From an uncultured delta proteobacterium (GTDB lineage Bacteria > Myxococcota_A > UBA9160 > UBA4427), in contig CAWGJT010000012.1 of assembly GCA_963822965.1 (NCBI GenBank), positions 128,001 to 192,000 of the forward strand: 64,000 nucleotides of DNA, in the 5' to 3' direction. Position numbers and translations under genes: made by a program. Below are positions 37,362 to 46,481 of the stretch, in pieces (positions within the stretch are counted from its first letter, which is position 1; every line of letters starts with the position of its first letter). A model generated the notes under the pieces. It was not told the origin of the DNA. It did not search any database and saw nothing but the letters and a program-made list of their open reading frames with translations.

Positions 37362-37946
37362 TCAGGTCCGGAAGGCCTGGCTCAGCTCCGCCAGGCAGGT
37401 CTCCTCGGCGGCTGAGATGTGGGGCGAACGGTCGCGCGCGTCCCCGGCGGCCGCGGCGACGGCCCGGGCACGGCCCAGGATGTTGCGCTCCAGCCGCTTC
37501 ACCTCCGCCGTCGAGAGCTGATCGCACAGCGCACCCGTGAAGTCGTGCCACAGCTCGGCCAGGTCCGGCGCCTGGGCCTCCTCGATCCAGATCTCGAGCA
37601 GGCGGTAGCTGGTGGAGCCGGGCTCGATCCCCGCGGAGACCGCACCGGCCAGCACCGCGTGGCGTTCGGCCGCGTCCATCTCGCCGTCGCACCACGCGAC
37701 CTCGATCAGCGGAATCAGGGTCAGCGCGGAGAGGGTGTCCACCCGGATGCCGAGCCCGGCGAGCTCCGCGAGCAGCTGCGCGTCGCCGATGCCGGTGGCC
37801 GCCGCGAGCTGGTCGCGCGCCGCGATCTCCTCCGCGCGAAGCGCCAGGTGGTCGCGCTCGGCGGCCGCCGGGCCGTCGAAGAAGCGATTCGAGAGCTTCC
37901 TCTGCCGGGGGTCGAGGGTACTGCGCACGCCGTTTCCGTCGGGCAT
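37362..37946 (-). CDS. Hypothetical protein, TerB-like helical fold
   Basis: LIPLIEVAWCDGEMDAAER..VL...ISAAEE resembles TerB-like metal-binding helices. Confidence 0.55.
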   Translation of the reverse strand: MPDGNGVRSTLDPRQRKLSNRFFDGPAAAERDHLALRAEEIAARDQLAAATGIGDAQLLAELAGLGIRVDTLSALTLIPLIEVAWCDGEMDAAERHAVLAGAVSAGIEPGSTSYRLLEIWIEEAQAPDLAELWHDFTGALCDQLSTAEVKRLERNILGRARAVAAAAGDARDRSPHISAAEETCLAELSQAFRT

Positions 37947-37969
37947 CGGGGGCTCCTGGATGGACCGGG

Positions 37970-38392
37970 TCAGTCGCTCGCTTCGACGTGACCGAGCTTC
38001 CGAAGCTCGGAGCGGATCGTCTCCGCAGCCGCCGCGATGTCCTCGGGCTTCGCGTCGTGGTCCGCGTTGGCGAAGTCCAGGTCGTAGGGCGTCCAGATCG
38101 GAACCACGTGGATGTGCACGTGGGGCACCTCGAGCCCGAGGATCGTCATGCCCACCTTCACGGGCGAGAAGCCCCGCTGGATGGCGCCGCCCACCGCATG
38201 GGCCACCTCCGTCAGGTGCTGCATTCCTTCGGGCTCGAGGTCGATCCAGTGGTCCACCTCGACCCGCGGCACCACCAGGGTGTGGCCGGGCTTGAGCGGC
38301 GCGATCGAGAGGAACGCCACGGCTCGGTCGTCCTTCCAGACGAAGTGCCCGGGCAGCTCACCCGCGATGATCTTCGTGAAAACCGACGCCAC
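37970..38392 (-). CDS. HIT family nucleotide hydrolase
   Basis: SVFTKIIAGELP, AFLSIAP..PGHTLVVP and the histidine triad VPHVHIHVVP. Confidence 0.93.
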   Translation of the reverse strand: MASVFTKIIAGELPGHFVWKDDRAVAFLSIAPLKPGHTLVVPRVEVDHWIDLEPEGMQHLTEVAHAVGGAIQRGFSPVKVGMTILGLEVPHVHIHVVPIWTPYDLDFANADHDAKPEDIAAAAETIRSELRKLGHVEASD

Positions 38393-38604
38393 GGAAGCCT
38401 CCTCCTCGGGCCCTCTGTTCTAGCCCGCGCCGGGGGTCTTGACGAGCCCCGTCCGCCGGCCGTGCGCTGCCGCGGCGAGGCGTTTCCCCACGATCCGGGC
38501 TAGGCTCACGACCCCGAAAACCCTCACCCCGTCCCGGGCGCGGTACCCGAACCGAGCCACCACACGGCGGACTCGCAGCCGACGGACGGAATCGGAGAAC
38601 CATC

Positions 38605-39795
38605 ATGGGCAGGAAGACCTACGTCATCGGCGTCGGAATGACCAAGTTCGAGAAGCCGGGCTCCCGCGACTGGGACTACCCGGACATGGCCCGCGAAGCG
38701 GGCACCAAGGCCATCGAGGACGCCGGGATCCGCTTCGAGGACATCGAGCAGGCCGCGGTCGGCTACTGCTACGGCGACTCCACCTGCGGCGAGCGCGCCT
38801 TCTACGAGCTCGGCCACTCGGGCATCCCGATCTACAACGTCAACAACAACTGCTCGACGGGCTCGACGGCGCTGTTCATGGCGAAGCAGTTCGTCGAGGG
38901 CGACATCGCAGACTGCGTGATGGCCCTGGGCTTCGAGAAGATGGAGAAGGGCTCCCTGGGCATCAAGTACACCGACCGCACGGTGGCCCTCGACAAGCAC
39001 ATGCAGGTGATGGTGAACGAGCGGGGCGTGGCCCAGGCGCCCGTGGCGCCCCAGATGTTCGGCAACGCCGGCATCGAGCACATGGAGCGGTACGGCACCA
39101 CCGCGGAGCAGTTCGCGAAGATCGGCTGGAAGAACCACAAGCACTCGGTCAACAATCCCTACAGCCAGTTCCAGGACGAGTACAGCCTCGAGGACATCCT
39201 GAACGCGCCGACAGTGTTCGGTCCGCTCACGAAGCTGCAGTGCTGCCCCACCTCGGACGGATCCGGCGCCGCCATCGTGGCCAGCGAGAACTTCGTCAAG
39301 AAGCACGGCCTGCAGGCCAAGGCCGTCGAGATCCTCGGCATGGCGATGACGACCGACTTCCCCAGCTCGTACGAGAAGAGCATGATCAAGATGGTCGGCT
39401 CCGACATGACGAAGGCGGCCGCGCGCAAGGTCTACGAGCAGTCGGGATTCGGCCCCGAGAACGTGGACGTGGTCGAGCTGCACGACTGCTTCTCGTGCAA
39501 CGAGCTCATCACCTACGAGGGTCTGGGTCTCTGCCCGGAGGGCAAGGGCGGCGCGTTCGTCGACTCGGGCGCCCAGACCTACGGCGGACAGGTGGTCGTC
39601 AATCCGTCGGGCGGCCTCATCTCCAAGGGCCACCCCCTCGGCGCCACGGGCCTGGCCCAGTGCGCCGAGCTCAACTGGCAGCTGCGCGGAGAGGCGGACA
39701 AGCGTCAGGTGGAAGGCGCGAAGATCGCGCTGCAGCACAACCTCGGCCTCGGGGGCGCCGCCGTCGTGGCGATGTACCGCAAGGCGTTCGTCTGA
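38605..39795 (+). CDS. SCP-x-type thiolase (lipid-transfer protein)
   Basis: [54 protein letters not shown] and [10 protein letters not shown]. Confidence 0.93.
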   Translation: MGRKTYVIGVGMTKFEKPGSRDWDYPDMAREAGTKAIEDAGIRFEDIEQAAVGYCYGDSTCGERAFYELGHSGIPIYNVNNNCSTGSTALFMAKQFVEGDIADCVMALGFEKMEKGSLGIKYTDRTVALDKHMQVMVNERGVAQAPVAPQMFGNAGIEHMERYGTTAEQFAKIGWKNHKHSVNNPYSQFQDEYSLEDILNAPTVFGPLTKLQCCPTSDGSGAAIVASENFVKKHGLQAKAVEILGMAMTTDFPSSYEKSMIKMVGSDMTKAAARKVYEQSGFGPENVDVVELHDCFSCNELITYEGLGLCPEGKGGAFVDSGAQTYGGQVVVNPSGGLISKGHPLGATGLAQCAELNWQLRGEADKRQVEGAKIALQHNLGLGGAAVVAMYRKAFV

Positions 39796-39825
39796 GCCGA
39801 GGCTTCCGCGGTGGCGAGCCGCGCG

Positions 39826-40134
39826 TCAGCTGGATCCGCCGAGGCGGGCGAAGACGGCGTCGGGCGCCTCGGCGCCGGACTCCTCCGGCAGGGACTGGAT
39901 GCTGCCCCGGATGGCGGTGCAAACGGACTCCGCGTCGCTCACCCCGCGGGTCGAGAGCTCTCCCGGCATCAGCTGGGTGAAGACGACGCCCATCTGCGCA
40001 GGCGTGACCGAGCGCGCCTCGAGCCCTGCCTGCTTGAGCGCCAGACGCACCGTCCCCCGCGCCTCCAGGCGATCGAGGGAGGTACGTCGCTCCAGCTCTT
40101 CGCAAGCGTGATGAAAGGCGTTGGATTCGCTCAT
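39826..40134 (-). CDS. Small soluble helical hypothetical protein (102 aa)
   Basis: ATGA overlap with the upstream 7TM gene. Sequence AFHHACEELERRTSLDRLEARGTVRLALKQAGL...ELSTRGV. Confidence 0.7.
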   Translation of the reverse strand: MSESNAFHHACEELERRTSLDRLEARGTVRLALKQAGLEARSVTPAQMGVVFTQLMPGELSTRGVSDAESVCTAIRGSIQSLPEESGAEAPDAVFARLGGSS

Positions 40135-40886
40135 CGGGCAGCCACCACCGAAACGTCACCACGGCGTCGGACCAGGTCGAGGTACGCGTCGGGCGGAAAG
40201 AAGGCGAGGGTGAGGAAGACCGCCACGAGCAGCCCTCCGGCACACGTCACCAGCGGGATGAGGACCTCCCGGGCGAAGGAAGCCCCGGTGTAGAGGAGGA
40301 CGCCGTCGGTCACCACGATCGCGATCGTCGTCGTTCCCATCAGCCCCCAGAGCAGGATCCGGTTCGTGACGACGGGATCCGCCAGCCCGAGGGCAAGCCT
40401 GCGGCGCTGCAGGGTGTAGTGGTGCAGCGAGGCGAGGCTGGTCCAGCCGTAGCCGGAAGCGGCCATCACCAGGCTGACGCCGCCCCACACCATGGCGCTC
40501 CGAACCAGCTCTTCCGGCGTGCTCGCGAGGAGCTGCGAGATCGAGTAGCCCAGCACGTAGGCCAGCGCGAGCATGCCTCCCACCGCCACGCCCGCGCGCG
40601 CCCAGGCGCGGTCGGGATGGAAGACCCGTGCCGTGAACAGGAAGAGCATGAACTGCGAGCTGCCACAGAAGAGCGAAGACAGGGCGGCCAGGACGGGCTG
40701 CCAGCTCCCTGCCATGGGCGCCGCGGCGGACAGGGGATAGCCCACCCCACCGCCCAGCAGGAAGAAGAGACCGAGCGCGAGCTCGGGATAGCCCCCGGTG
40801 CGTCTGGCCAGGAGCAGAAGCTTCGCTCCCACGGCCACGGAAACACAGCAGAGGGACAAGAGTCCGGCAGCGACGAGTGTCTGCAT
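40131..40886 (-). CDS. Hypothetical 7TM membrane protein
   Basis: Seven hydrophobic segments. Motifs LARRTG..PEL, GYPL, F.P.R, RRRLALGLADPVVTNR..LW and LAFFPP..Y. Confidence 0.75.
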   Translation of the reverse strand: MQTLVAAGLLSLCCVSVAVGAKLLLLARRTGGYPELALGLFFLLGGGVGYPLSAAAPMAGSWQPVLAALSSLFCGSSQFMLFLFTARVFHPDRAWARAGVAVGGMLALAYVLGYSISQLLASTPEELVRSAMVWGGVSLVMAASGYGWTSLASLHHYTLQRRRLALGLADPVVTNRILLWGLMGTTTIAIVVTDGVLLYTGASFAREVLIPLVTCAGGLLVAVFLTLAFFPPDAYLDLVRRRGDVSVVAAR

Positions 40887-40976
40887 GCCCGGTACTTCGA
40901 CCGGACAGCGAGCCGGACTTGAGGCAATTCATCCCCGCCGGGGTCCCAGCCCCGCCGAGATGGCGACCTGGGCCGG

Positions 40977-41681
40977 TCAGGCCGCCGACACCCAGCGCGT
41001 GTAGCGAGCCGGTGGAAAGAAGGCGAGCCACATGGCGACTCCGCCCACGAGCCCGACGAGCGAGGTGGACCCCAGCACCCACGGATTCGTCACCCCGTGC
41101 GGGATCAGCAGCCGTCCCGCGAGAAACACCGCGAAGCCCGCGACGATCGACGTGTTGGACAGGGCCCAGAGGCGGAAGCGATCGGCGATGACCGGATCGC
41201 AGAGACCGATCCGCAGGCGCCGCTGCAGGGAGCGGGAGTAGCGCACGGATTCCAGGGTGGCCCAGACGAAGGAGCCGGCCCGCAAGGCGAATCCCAGGTA
41301 GTACCAGGCGCCGCCGTCCGGGGTGCCCGCCTCGTGGCTGCCGACGAGGCTCGCGCAGAAGCCCAGGCCGACGAGGCCACCCGACGACAGGAGCAGTCGG
41401 GGGCGCTCGGGATGGAAGGTGAAGCAGGTCGCCAGGACCATGCAGAGACAGGCCGCATCCTGGGCGGCGAGCGCGGGCAGCAGCAGCGACTCCGCCCCGT
41501 CCGCCGTGCCGCGGGCGACCACCGACAGCGGGTAGCCCAGCACGCCCAGCAGCAGGAACGAGGCGCCGAGGAAGAGCTCCGGAGCCTTCCCCGTACGGCG
41601 TGCCAATCCGGCGAGGCGCACGCCCACTACCGCACAAGCCACCACCTGGACGACGAAGCCCAGACCGAGGAGACGCTCCAT
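40977..41681 (-). CDS. Hypothetical 7TM membrane protein, paralogue of 40131-40886
   Basis: Same motifs: LARRTGKAPEL, GYPL, FHPERP, QRRLRIGLCDPVIADRF.LW and WLAFFPPARY. Start at ATG 41681. Confidence 0.75.
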   Translation of the reverse strand: MERLLGLGFVVQVVACAVVGVRLAGLARRTGKAPELFLGASFLLLGVLGYPLSVVARGTADGAESLLLPALAAQDAACLCMVLATCFTFHPERPRLLLSSGGLVGLGFCASLVGSHEAGTPDGGAWYYLGFALRAGSFVWATLESVRYSRSLQRRLRIGLCDPVIADRFRLWALSNTSIVAGFAVFLAGRLLIPHGVTNPWVLGSTSLVGLVGGVAMWLAFFPPARYTRWVSAA

Positions 41682-41930
41682 CCCCCGGTCATCGTCCGGA
41701 ATGCGTCCCCGCTTGATCGACCCTCCTCCGGCCGCGACGAGACGCCGGCGCGGCCACGCGAGGGCCGGAACGAAGGCGAAGAGAGACAAGGAGAGAGGAA
41801 GAGCCGGTTGCCCCGTACCCGTTGTACTCGGGCTCTCCGGGGCGGCCCGCTGGCGATTGCGCACTTCTACAATCCGCAGCGCTCCTCGAGGCCGTCGGCG
41901 CCAGACGCCCGCGGCACGAGCGCGCAGCTC

Positions 41931-41946
41931 TGGAACGCGGCTTGCA
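41931..41946 (+). promoter_or_regulatory. Sigma54 (-24/-12) promoter upstream of sodB
   Basis: TGGAACGCGGCTTGCA (GG-N10-GC, ending TTGCA), 36 bp before ATG 41983. Confidence 0.6.
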
Positions 41947-41982
41947 TTCCCCGATGAGCACGATCATCGGAGGAACCACGCC

Positions 41983-42582
41983 ATGAAGCTCGAAGTCCCG
42001 CCCCTACCCTATGCGGTCGATGCCCTCGAGCCCCACATCGGGGCCCGAACAGTGGAGACCCACTACGAGAAGCACCACAAGGGCTATCTCAAGAAGCTCG
42101 AGAAGGCCCTCGCCGGACAGGACAAGCCGAAGACCCTCGAGGAATGCATCCTCGAGTCGAGCGGCGACGTCTACAACTTCGCCGCCCAGGTGTGGAATCA
42201 CACCTTCTACTGGCAGTGCATGACGCCGAACGGGGGAGGCAACCCGAGCGGCGCGCTGCGATCGGCGATCGAGTCGGGGTTCGGCTCGGTCCAGGATTTC
42301 AAGCAGGAGCTGGCGGAGGCGGCGAACGGCGAGTTCGGGTCCGGCTGGGCCTGGCTCGTGGTCGACGGCTCGGGCCGACTCGCGGTTCGCAACAGCGACG
42401 ACGCCGACAATCCCATGCAGGACGGGCAGACGCCGCTGCTGACCATCGACGTCTGGGAGCACGCCTACTACCTCGACTACCAGAACCGGAGAGCGGACTA
42501 CGTGACGGCCTTCCTCGACCACCTGGTCGACTGGAACTTCGTCGCCAAGACCCTCGAGCAGAACGGCCATCCCAAGCGCTGA
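41983..42582 (+). CDS. sodB: Superoxide dismutase [Fe]
   Basis: PPLPY..DALEPHI, HYEKHH, AAQVWNHTFYW (Fe-type signature), FGSGWAWL and DVWEHAYYLDYQN; RBS GGAGGA. Confidence 0.95.
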   Translation: MKLEVPPLPYAVDALEPHIGARTVETHYEKHHKGYLKKLEKALAGQDKPKTLEECILESSGDVYNFAAQVWNHTFYWQCMTPNGGGNPSGALRSAIESGFGSVQDFKQELAEAANGEFGSGWAWLVVDGSGRLAVRNSDDADNPMQDGQTPLLTIDVWEHAYYLDYQNRRADYVTAFLDHLVDWNFVAKTLEQNGHPKR

Positions 42583-42720
42583 GCCCCACGGACGGCCGCC
42601 ACCGCCACCCCCGTCGCCAGCGTTCCCCGGCAAACGCCGGGGAACGCGCAGCCGACGTGCAACGCGGGCGCAGACGCGCGGCCGGCCGGCATCGGGAGCC
42701 TCGGCCGAGCCGAGGTCCCA

Positions 42721-42755
42721 TTGACGGCCCTTCGAATCTGGGAAACGTTTCCCAG
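42721..42755 (+). promoter_or_regulatory. -35-like TTGACG followed by a perfect 18-bp palindrome CTGGGAAACGTTTCCCAG (putative operator)
   Basis: Palindrome at 42738-42755 abuts the GTG at 42756. TTGACG is at 42721-42726. Confidence 0.7.
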
Positions 42756-43598
42756 GTGAGGGATTCCGCCCGCACCACTCCCCTCGATCGAGCCATCATC
42801 ACGCTGCTCCGACCGCTCGTGCGGCTCGCGCTCAAGCGGGGGGTGGCGTTCGGTCACCTGGCCGAGCTCGTGAAGCGCGCCTATGTGGACGTCGCGCGGG
42901 ACGACTTCGCCGTTCCGGGGCGCAAGCCCACGGTCTCGCGGGTGGCCGTGCTCACCGGACTGACGCGAAAGGAGGCCCGGCGCCTGCTCGAGGACGAGCC
43001 GGACGGCTCGGGTGAGCCGCCCCGCCGCCGCATCAACCGGGCCGCACGGGTCGTGAGCGCCTGGGTGCAGGACCCCGTCTATCGGGACGGCCGCGGCGGG
43101 CCCGCGTCGCTGTCCTTCGACGAGGGAGCCGAGCCGAGCTTCAGCTCCCTCGTGCGCGCCCACGGTGCGGACGTCACGCCCCGCGCCGTGCTCGATGAGC
43201 TGCTGCGGGTCGGGGCCGTCCAGCGGCTGAAGGACGGCCGACTCCGCCTCGTCGAGCGCGCCTATATCCCCCAGGCGGACGAGGCGGAGAAGCTCGCCAT
43301 CCTGGGAACGGACGTGGCCGACCTGATCGCGGCGATCGAGCACAACCTCGATCCCACCGTCGAGACTTCCTTCTACCAACGCAAGGTCGCCTACGACAAC
43401 CTGCCGGCTTCGTATCTCCCGAAGCTGCAGACCGTGGTGCGCCGCCGGGCCCAGAAGCTGCTCGAGCAGCTCGACCGCGAGATGGCCCAGCACGACCTCG
43501 ACGTGTCGCCGCAGCCGGAAGAGACGGGCGGTCGCCGTGCGATGGTCGGCATTTACTACTACCAGCGGGACGAGGACGAAGGCAATGAGTCGAAGTGA
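42756..43598 (+). CDS. DUF6502 family protein (predicted HTH-containing)
   Basis: LLRPLVRL.L..GV.F....ELVK..YV.VA, SRVAVLTGLTRKE.RRL, RVVSAW..DP.Y, PSF.SLV, DV.PRAVLDELLR.G.V, AIEHNL and YQRKV.YDN. Confidence 0.8.
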   Translation: MRDSARTTPLDRAIITLLRPLVRLALKRGVAFGHLAELVKRAYVDVARDDFAVPGRKPTVSRVAVLTGLTRKEARRLLEDEPDGSGEPPRRRINRAARVVSAWVQDPVYRDGRGGPASLSFDEGAEPSFSSLVRAHGADVTPRAVLDELLRVGAVQRLKDGRLRLVERAYIPQADEAEKLAILGTDVADLIAAIEHNLDPTVETSFYQRKVAYDNLPASYLPKLQTVVRRRAQKLLEQLDREMAQHDLDVSPQPEETGGRRAMVGIYYYQRDEDEGNESK

Positions 43599-45087
43599 AC
43601 CCCGTGGGCGCGCGATGCGCCTTCTCCTCGCAGCGTGCATCACACTGCTTTCGTGTGGCGGTGGCGACTACGCGGACAACGGCGGCATGAGCGGAACCGG
43701 CGTCACCGAGGGCTCGATCACTGCGTTCGGCAGCATATTCGTGGCCGGCGTCGAGTGGGAGACCGACGGCGCCCGCATCGAGATCAACGACGCTCCCGCC
43801 TCCGCTTCGGACCTGCGCCTCGGCATGGTCGTGCGCATCGAGGGCGAGTTTGCGGCGGACGGCCTCAACGGCCGCGCCACCTCCGTGGTGTTCGACGCCA
43901 GCCTGGGGGGACCGATCGCACGCGACCCGGTCGACACCGTTCCCGACGGCCGCGAGAAGCGCTTCGAGGTGCTCGGGGTGCCGGTCTTCGTCGACGAGCT
44001 CGACACGGTGTTCGCGGGCGGGGCCACCTTCGACGGGCTCGCCCGGGACGACGTCGTGGAGGTCAGCGGCTTTGCCGATGCAGCGGGCGCGCTGCGCGCG
44101 ACGCGCGTCGAACGGGTGGGCCGCTTCCCGGACACTGCGGGGGCGGAGCTGCGCGGAACCGTCGCGAGCCTCTTCCAGGATCCGGCGGGAGGGGGCGTCT
44201 TTCGCCTGGCCGACGTGACGATCCACTACAGCGCGAGCACGCGCTTCTCGCGGCTCGGCGAGGGCGATCTCGCCAACGGGACCCGGGTCGCCGTGCGGGG
44301 CGACCTCCGCATCAACGGCGAGGAGCTCGACGCCGACGAGATCGAGCTCGAGCAGCGTGGGCTGGGTCGCGGCAACCGCGCCCAGGTCGGGCTGCAGGGC
44401 CTGGTCACGGACTTCCAATCCATCGCGGACCTCCGGGTGGCGGGCCAGCGCGTGGACGCCTCGTCGGCGAGCATCGACCCGCCCGGGCTCGTGCTGACCG
44501 ACGGACTGCTCGTCGAGGTCCACGGGCGCCTGGCGGGCGGCGTCCTCATCGCCCGGACCCTCGAGCTCGAGCCCGCGGTCGGGACGCCCACGGGCACTCC
44601 CCGGGTCCACATCGAGGGTGCCACGGCCGGCGTCGATCCAGCCTCCCGGACCCTCGAGATGCTGGGAGTCACGGTTCGGTTCAACGGGGGCACGAAGCTC
44701 CAGGACGACCGCGACGCCGTCCCGAACTTCCGCTTCCGGGACATCCAGCCCGGCGACTGGCTCGAGATCGACGGAGTCCGCACGGGTGCGGCCGGCGTGC
44801 GGGCCACCCGCATCGCTCGCGTCCCGGACGCCGAAGACGTCTGGCTCCGGGGACCGGTGACGGCGCTCGATCGGCTCGTGCCGAGCCTGGAGATCCTGGA
44901 GCGGCCGATCCCCCTCGACGGCGTCACCCGCTACTTCGACGCGGCCGGCGAGGAGCGTACGGAGGAGGAGTTCTTCCGCGTGCCGGGAGACGTGGAGGAG
45001 GGCGACGTCGTCAGCGTCGTCGACGTGTCGGCCGCCGATCCCACGGTGCTGGGCGAGGCGGACGAGGTGGCGATCGAAGGTCCGTGA
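43585..45087 (+). CDS. DUF5666 repeat lipoprotein (multiple OB-fold-like repeats)
   Basis: Lipobox LLSC then GGMSGTG..G.ITAFGSIFVAGV. About six repeats of L..G..V.V.G......L.A..I. Overlaps the DUF6502 gene end. Confidence 0.85.
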   Translation: MSRSEPRGRAMRLLLAACITLLSCGGGDYADNGGMSGTGVTEGSITAFGSIFVAGVEWETDGARIEINDAPASASDLRLGMVVRIEGEFAADGLNGRATSVVFDASLGGPIARDPVDTVPDGREKRFEVLGVPVFVDELDTVFAGGATFDGLARDDVVEVSGFADAAGALRATRVERVGRFPDTAGAELRGTVASLFQDPAGGGVFRLADVTIHYSASTRFSRLGEGDLANGTRVAVRGDLRINGEELDADEIELEQRGLGRGNRAQVGLQGLVTDFQSIADLRVAGQRVDASSASIDPPGLVLTDGLLVEVHGRLAGGVLIARTLELEPAVGTPTGTPRVHIEGATAGVDPASRTLEMLGVTVRFNGGTKLQDDRDAVPNFRFRDIQPGDWLEIDGVRTGAAGVRATRIARVPDAEDVWLRGPVTALDRLVPSLEILERPIPLDGVTRYFDAAGEERTEEEFFRVPGDVEEGDVVSVVDVSAADPTVLGEADEVAIEGP

Positions 45088-45109
45088 TGCGCGCGGGGCG
45101 GCAACCGCT

Positions 45110-46357
45110 TCAGGGAAAGAAGGCTCCATAGGGCACGATCATCACGCCCGCCCGGATCTCGGACCCCGCGTTGCGGTCGTACTGCAGCAGGGTGTCGCCG
45201 TACCCGTAGAAGTACTGCAGCTGGAGGAACGCGCCGAGCCGAGAAGCCAGCAGCGCCACGGGATAGGTCAGGTCGAGCTGCGCCGAGCCGTAGGCCTTCT
45301 TGGTGCCCTTGCGCAGGGTGGCCGTCAGCTCCAACCCCTCGAGCTTGCCGAACTTGAGCAGCAGATCCACGTAGCCCCGGTAGTCCGGGATGTTGGAGTT
45401 CTCCGACTTCTCGAGGTAGGCGTAGATCTTGGGCGCCACGGTGAAGTGGTACGCGTCTTGGTTCCCGAACGTGAAGATCGGCCGCACGAAGACGACGTTC
45501 AGGCTGCGCGAGTCCTGCCCCGATTGGCCGTTCGACTCGTGCTCGAAGCCGGCCTGCACGCCCAGACGCTGCCAGGGTCCCGGAGGCCAGCCGACGTCTC
45601 CGTCGTAGTAGTAGACGGCGGGGCGGAAGGTGGTGTCCAGGAAGGGGGCCGAAGGTGTCGACAGCTCCCAGGTGGAAGTCTGGGTGTAGCCGACATGCAC
45701 GTCGCTGAAGAAGCGTTCGACGTCGTCCCAGGGGCCCGGGACGTTTTCGCTCTCGAGGGGCACCAGGAGCAGCCGGTACTGGGCGCTGAGCTGGAACTTC
45801 GCGGTCACGGGCGAGAGATCGCCCCCGAAGATGAAGTAGACCGGCTCGTAGGTCGAGAGCCCTCCCAGGATCCGGTCGATGAGCTCGGCCTTCTTCGAGC
45901 TCTTCGCCGGACGCGTGGCGCGTCTTCCCCAGGCCACCACCTCGGACCGCCGGGCTGCCGCCGCGACGACCGGGAAGAGCACGGGCTCGGCGCTGCGGTC
46001 GACCAGCTGCAGGGTGACCACGCCGTCCGCATGCGCCGGCAGCACGCCCCGGTAGCGGACCTGCACGAAGCCCTGGGGTGCGAGCACGCGCGGACCGGCC
46101 TGCTCGGGCTGCTCCAGCTCGAGGCGGAGCGGCTCGGTGCCCGCGACGCTCTCGACGAGCGCCGCCAGCTGGGCGGGCACCTCGAAGGCGACGTCGGTCG
46201 CGCCGGCGTTGGTGACGAGCAGCGAGACCGAGAAGGCGGGCTGGCCGGAGACCCGCTGGCGCGCCCCGACCAGGGCGAGCGAGGGCTCGTCGCCCCGGGC
46301 GGGAGCCGCGAGCCACGCGAGCAGGAGCAGCGCCAGGACCGCTCTGGCTGCGATCAC
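45110..46357 (-). CDS. pldA: Outer membrane phospholipase A1 (OMPLA) with N-terminal extra domain
   Basis: YEPVYF, AKFQLS, GYTQTS.W, S.PF.DT.FRP, catalytic GFEHESNG, SRSLN, N.NI.DYRGY and QYFYGYG.TL..Y. Signal peptide ends in PARG. Confidence 0.88.
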   Translation of the reverse strand: MIAARAVLALLLLAWLAAPARGDEPSLALVGARQRVSGQPAFSVSLLVTNAGATDVAFEVPAQLAALVESVAGTEPLRLELEQPEQAGPRVLAPQGFVQVRYRGVLPAHADGVVTLQLVDRSAEPVLFPVVAAAARRSEVVAWGRRATRPAKSSKKAELIDRILGGLSTYEPVYFIFGGDLSPVTAKFQLSAQYRLLLVPLESENVPGPWDDVERFFSDVHVGYTQTSTWELSTPSAPFLDTTFRPAVYYYDGDVGWPPGPWQRLGVQAGFEHESNGQSGQDSRSLNVVFVRPIFTFGNQDAYHFTVAPKIYAYLEKSENSNIPDYRGYVDLLLKFGKLEGLELTATLRKGTKKAYGSAQLDLTYPVALLASRLGAFLQLQYFYGYGDTLLQYDRNAGSEIRAGVMIVPYGAFFP

Positions 46358-46481
46358 GTCAAGACCTGCATCCTGTCGCCGCTCGAGAGCGCACGCGGGA
46401 GACGGTAGCAGCGCCCTGCCGGCTTCCCCGGGAGATGCGGCAGAATCCCGGGGCGCCCATGGCGTGCGAGGAGACGAGGCG

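Noticed and set aside
40131..41681. Microbial rhodopsins
   Set aside because: No Lys in the seventh helix (no DxxxK motif) and no helix-3 RYxDW-type motif.
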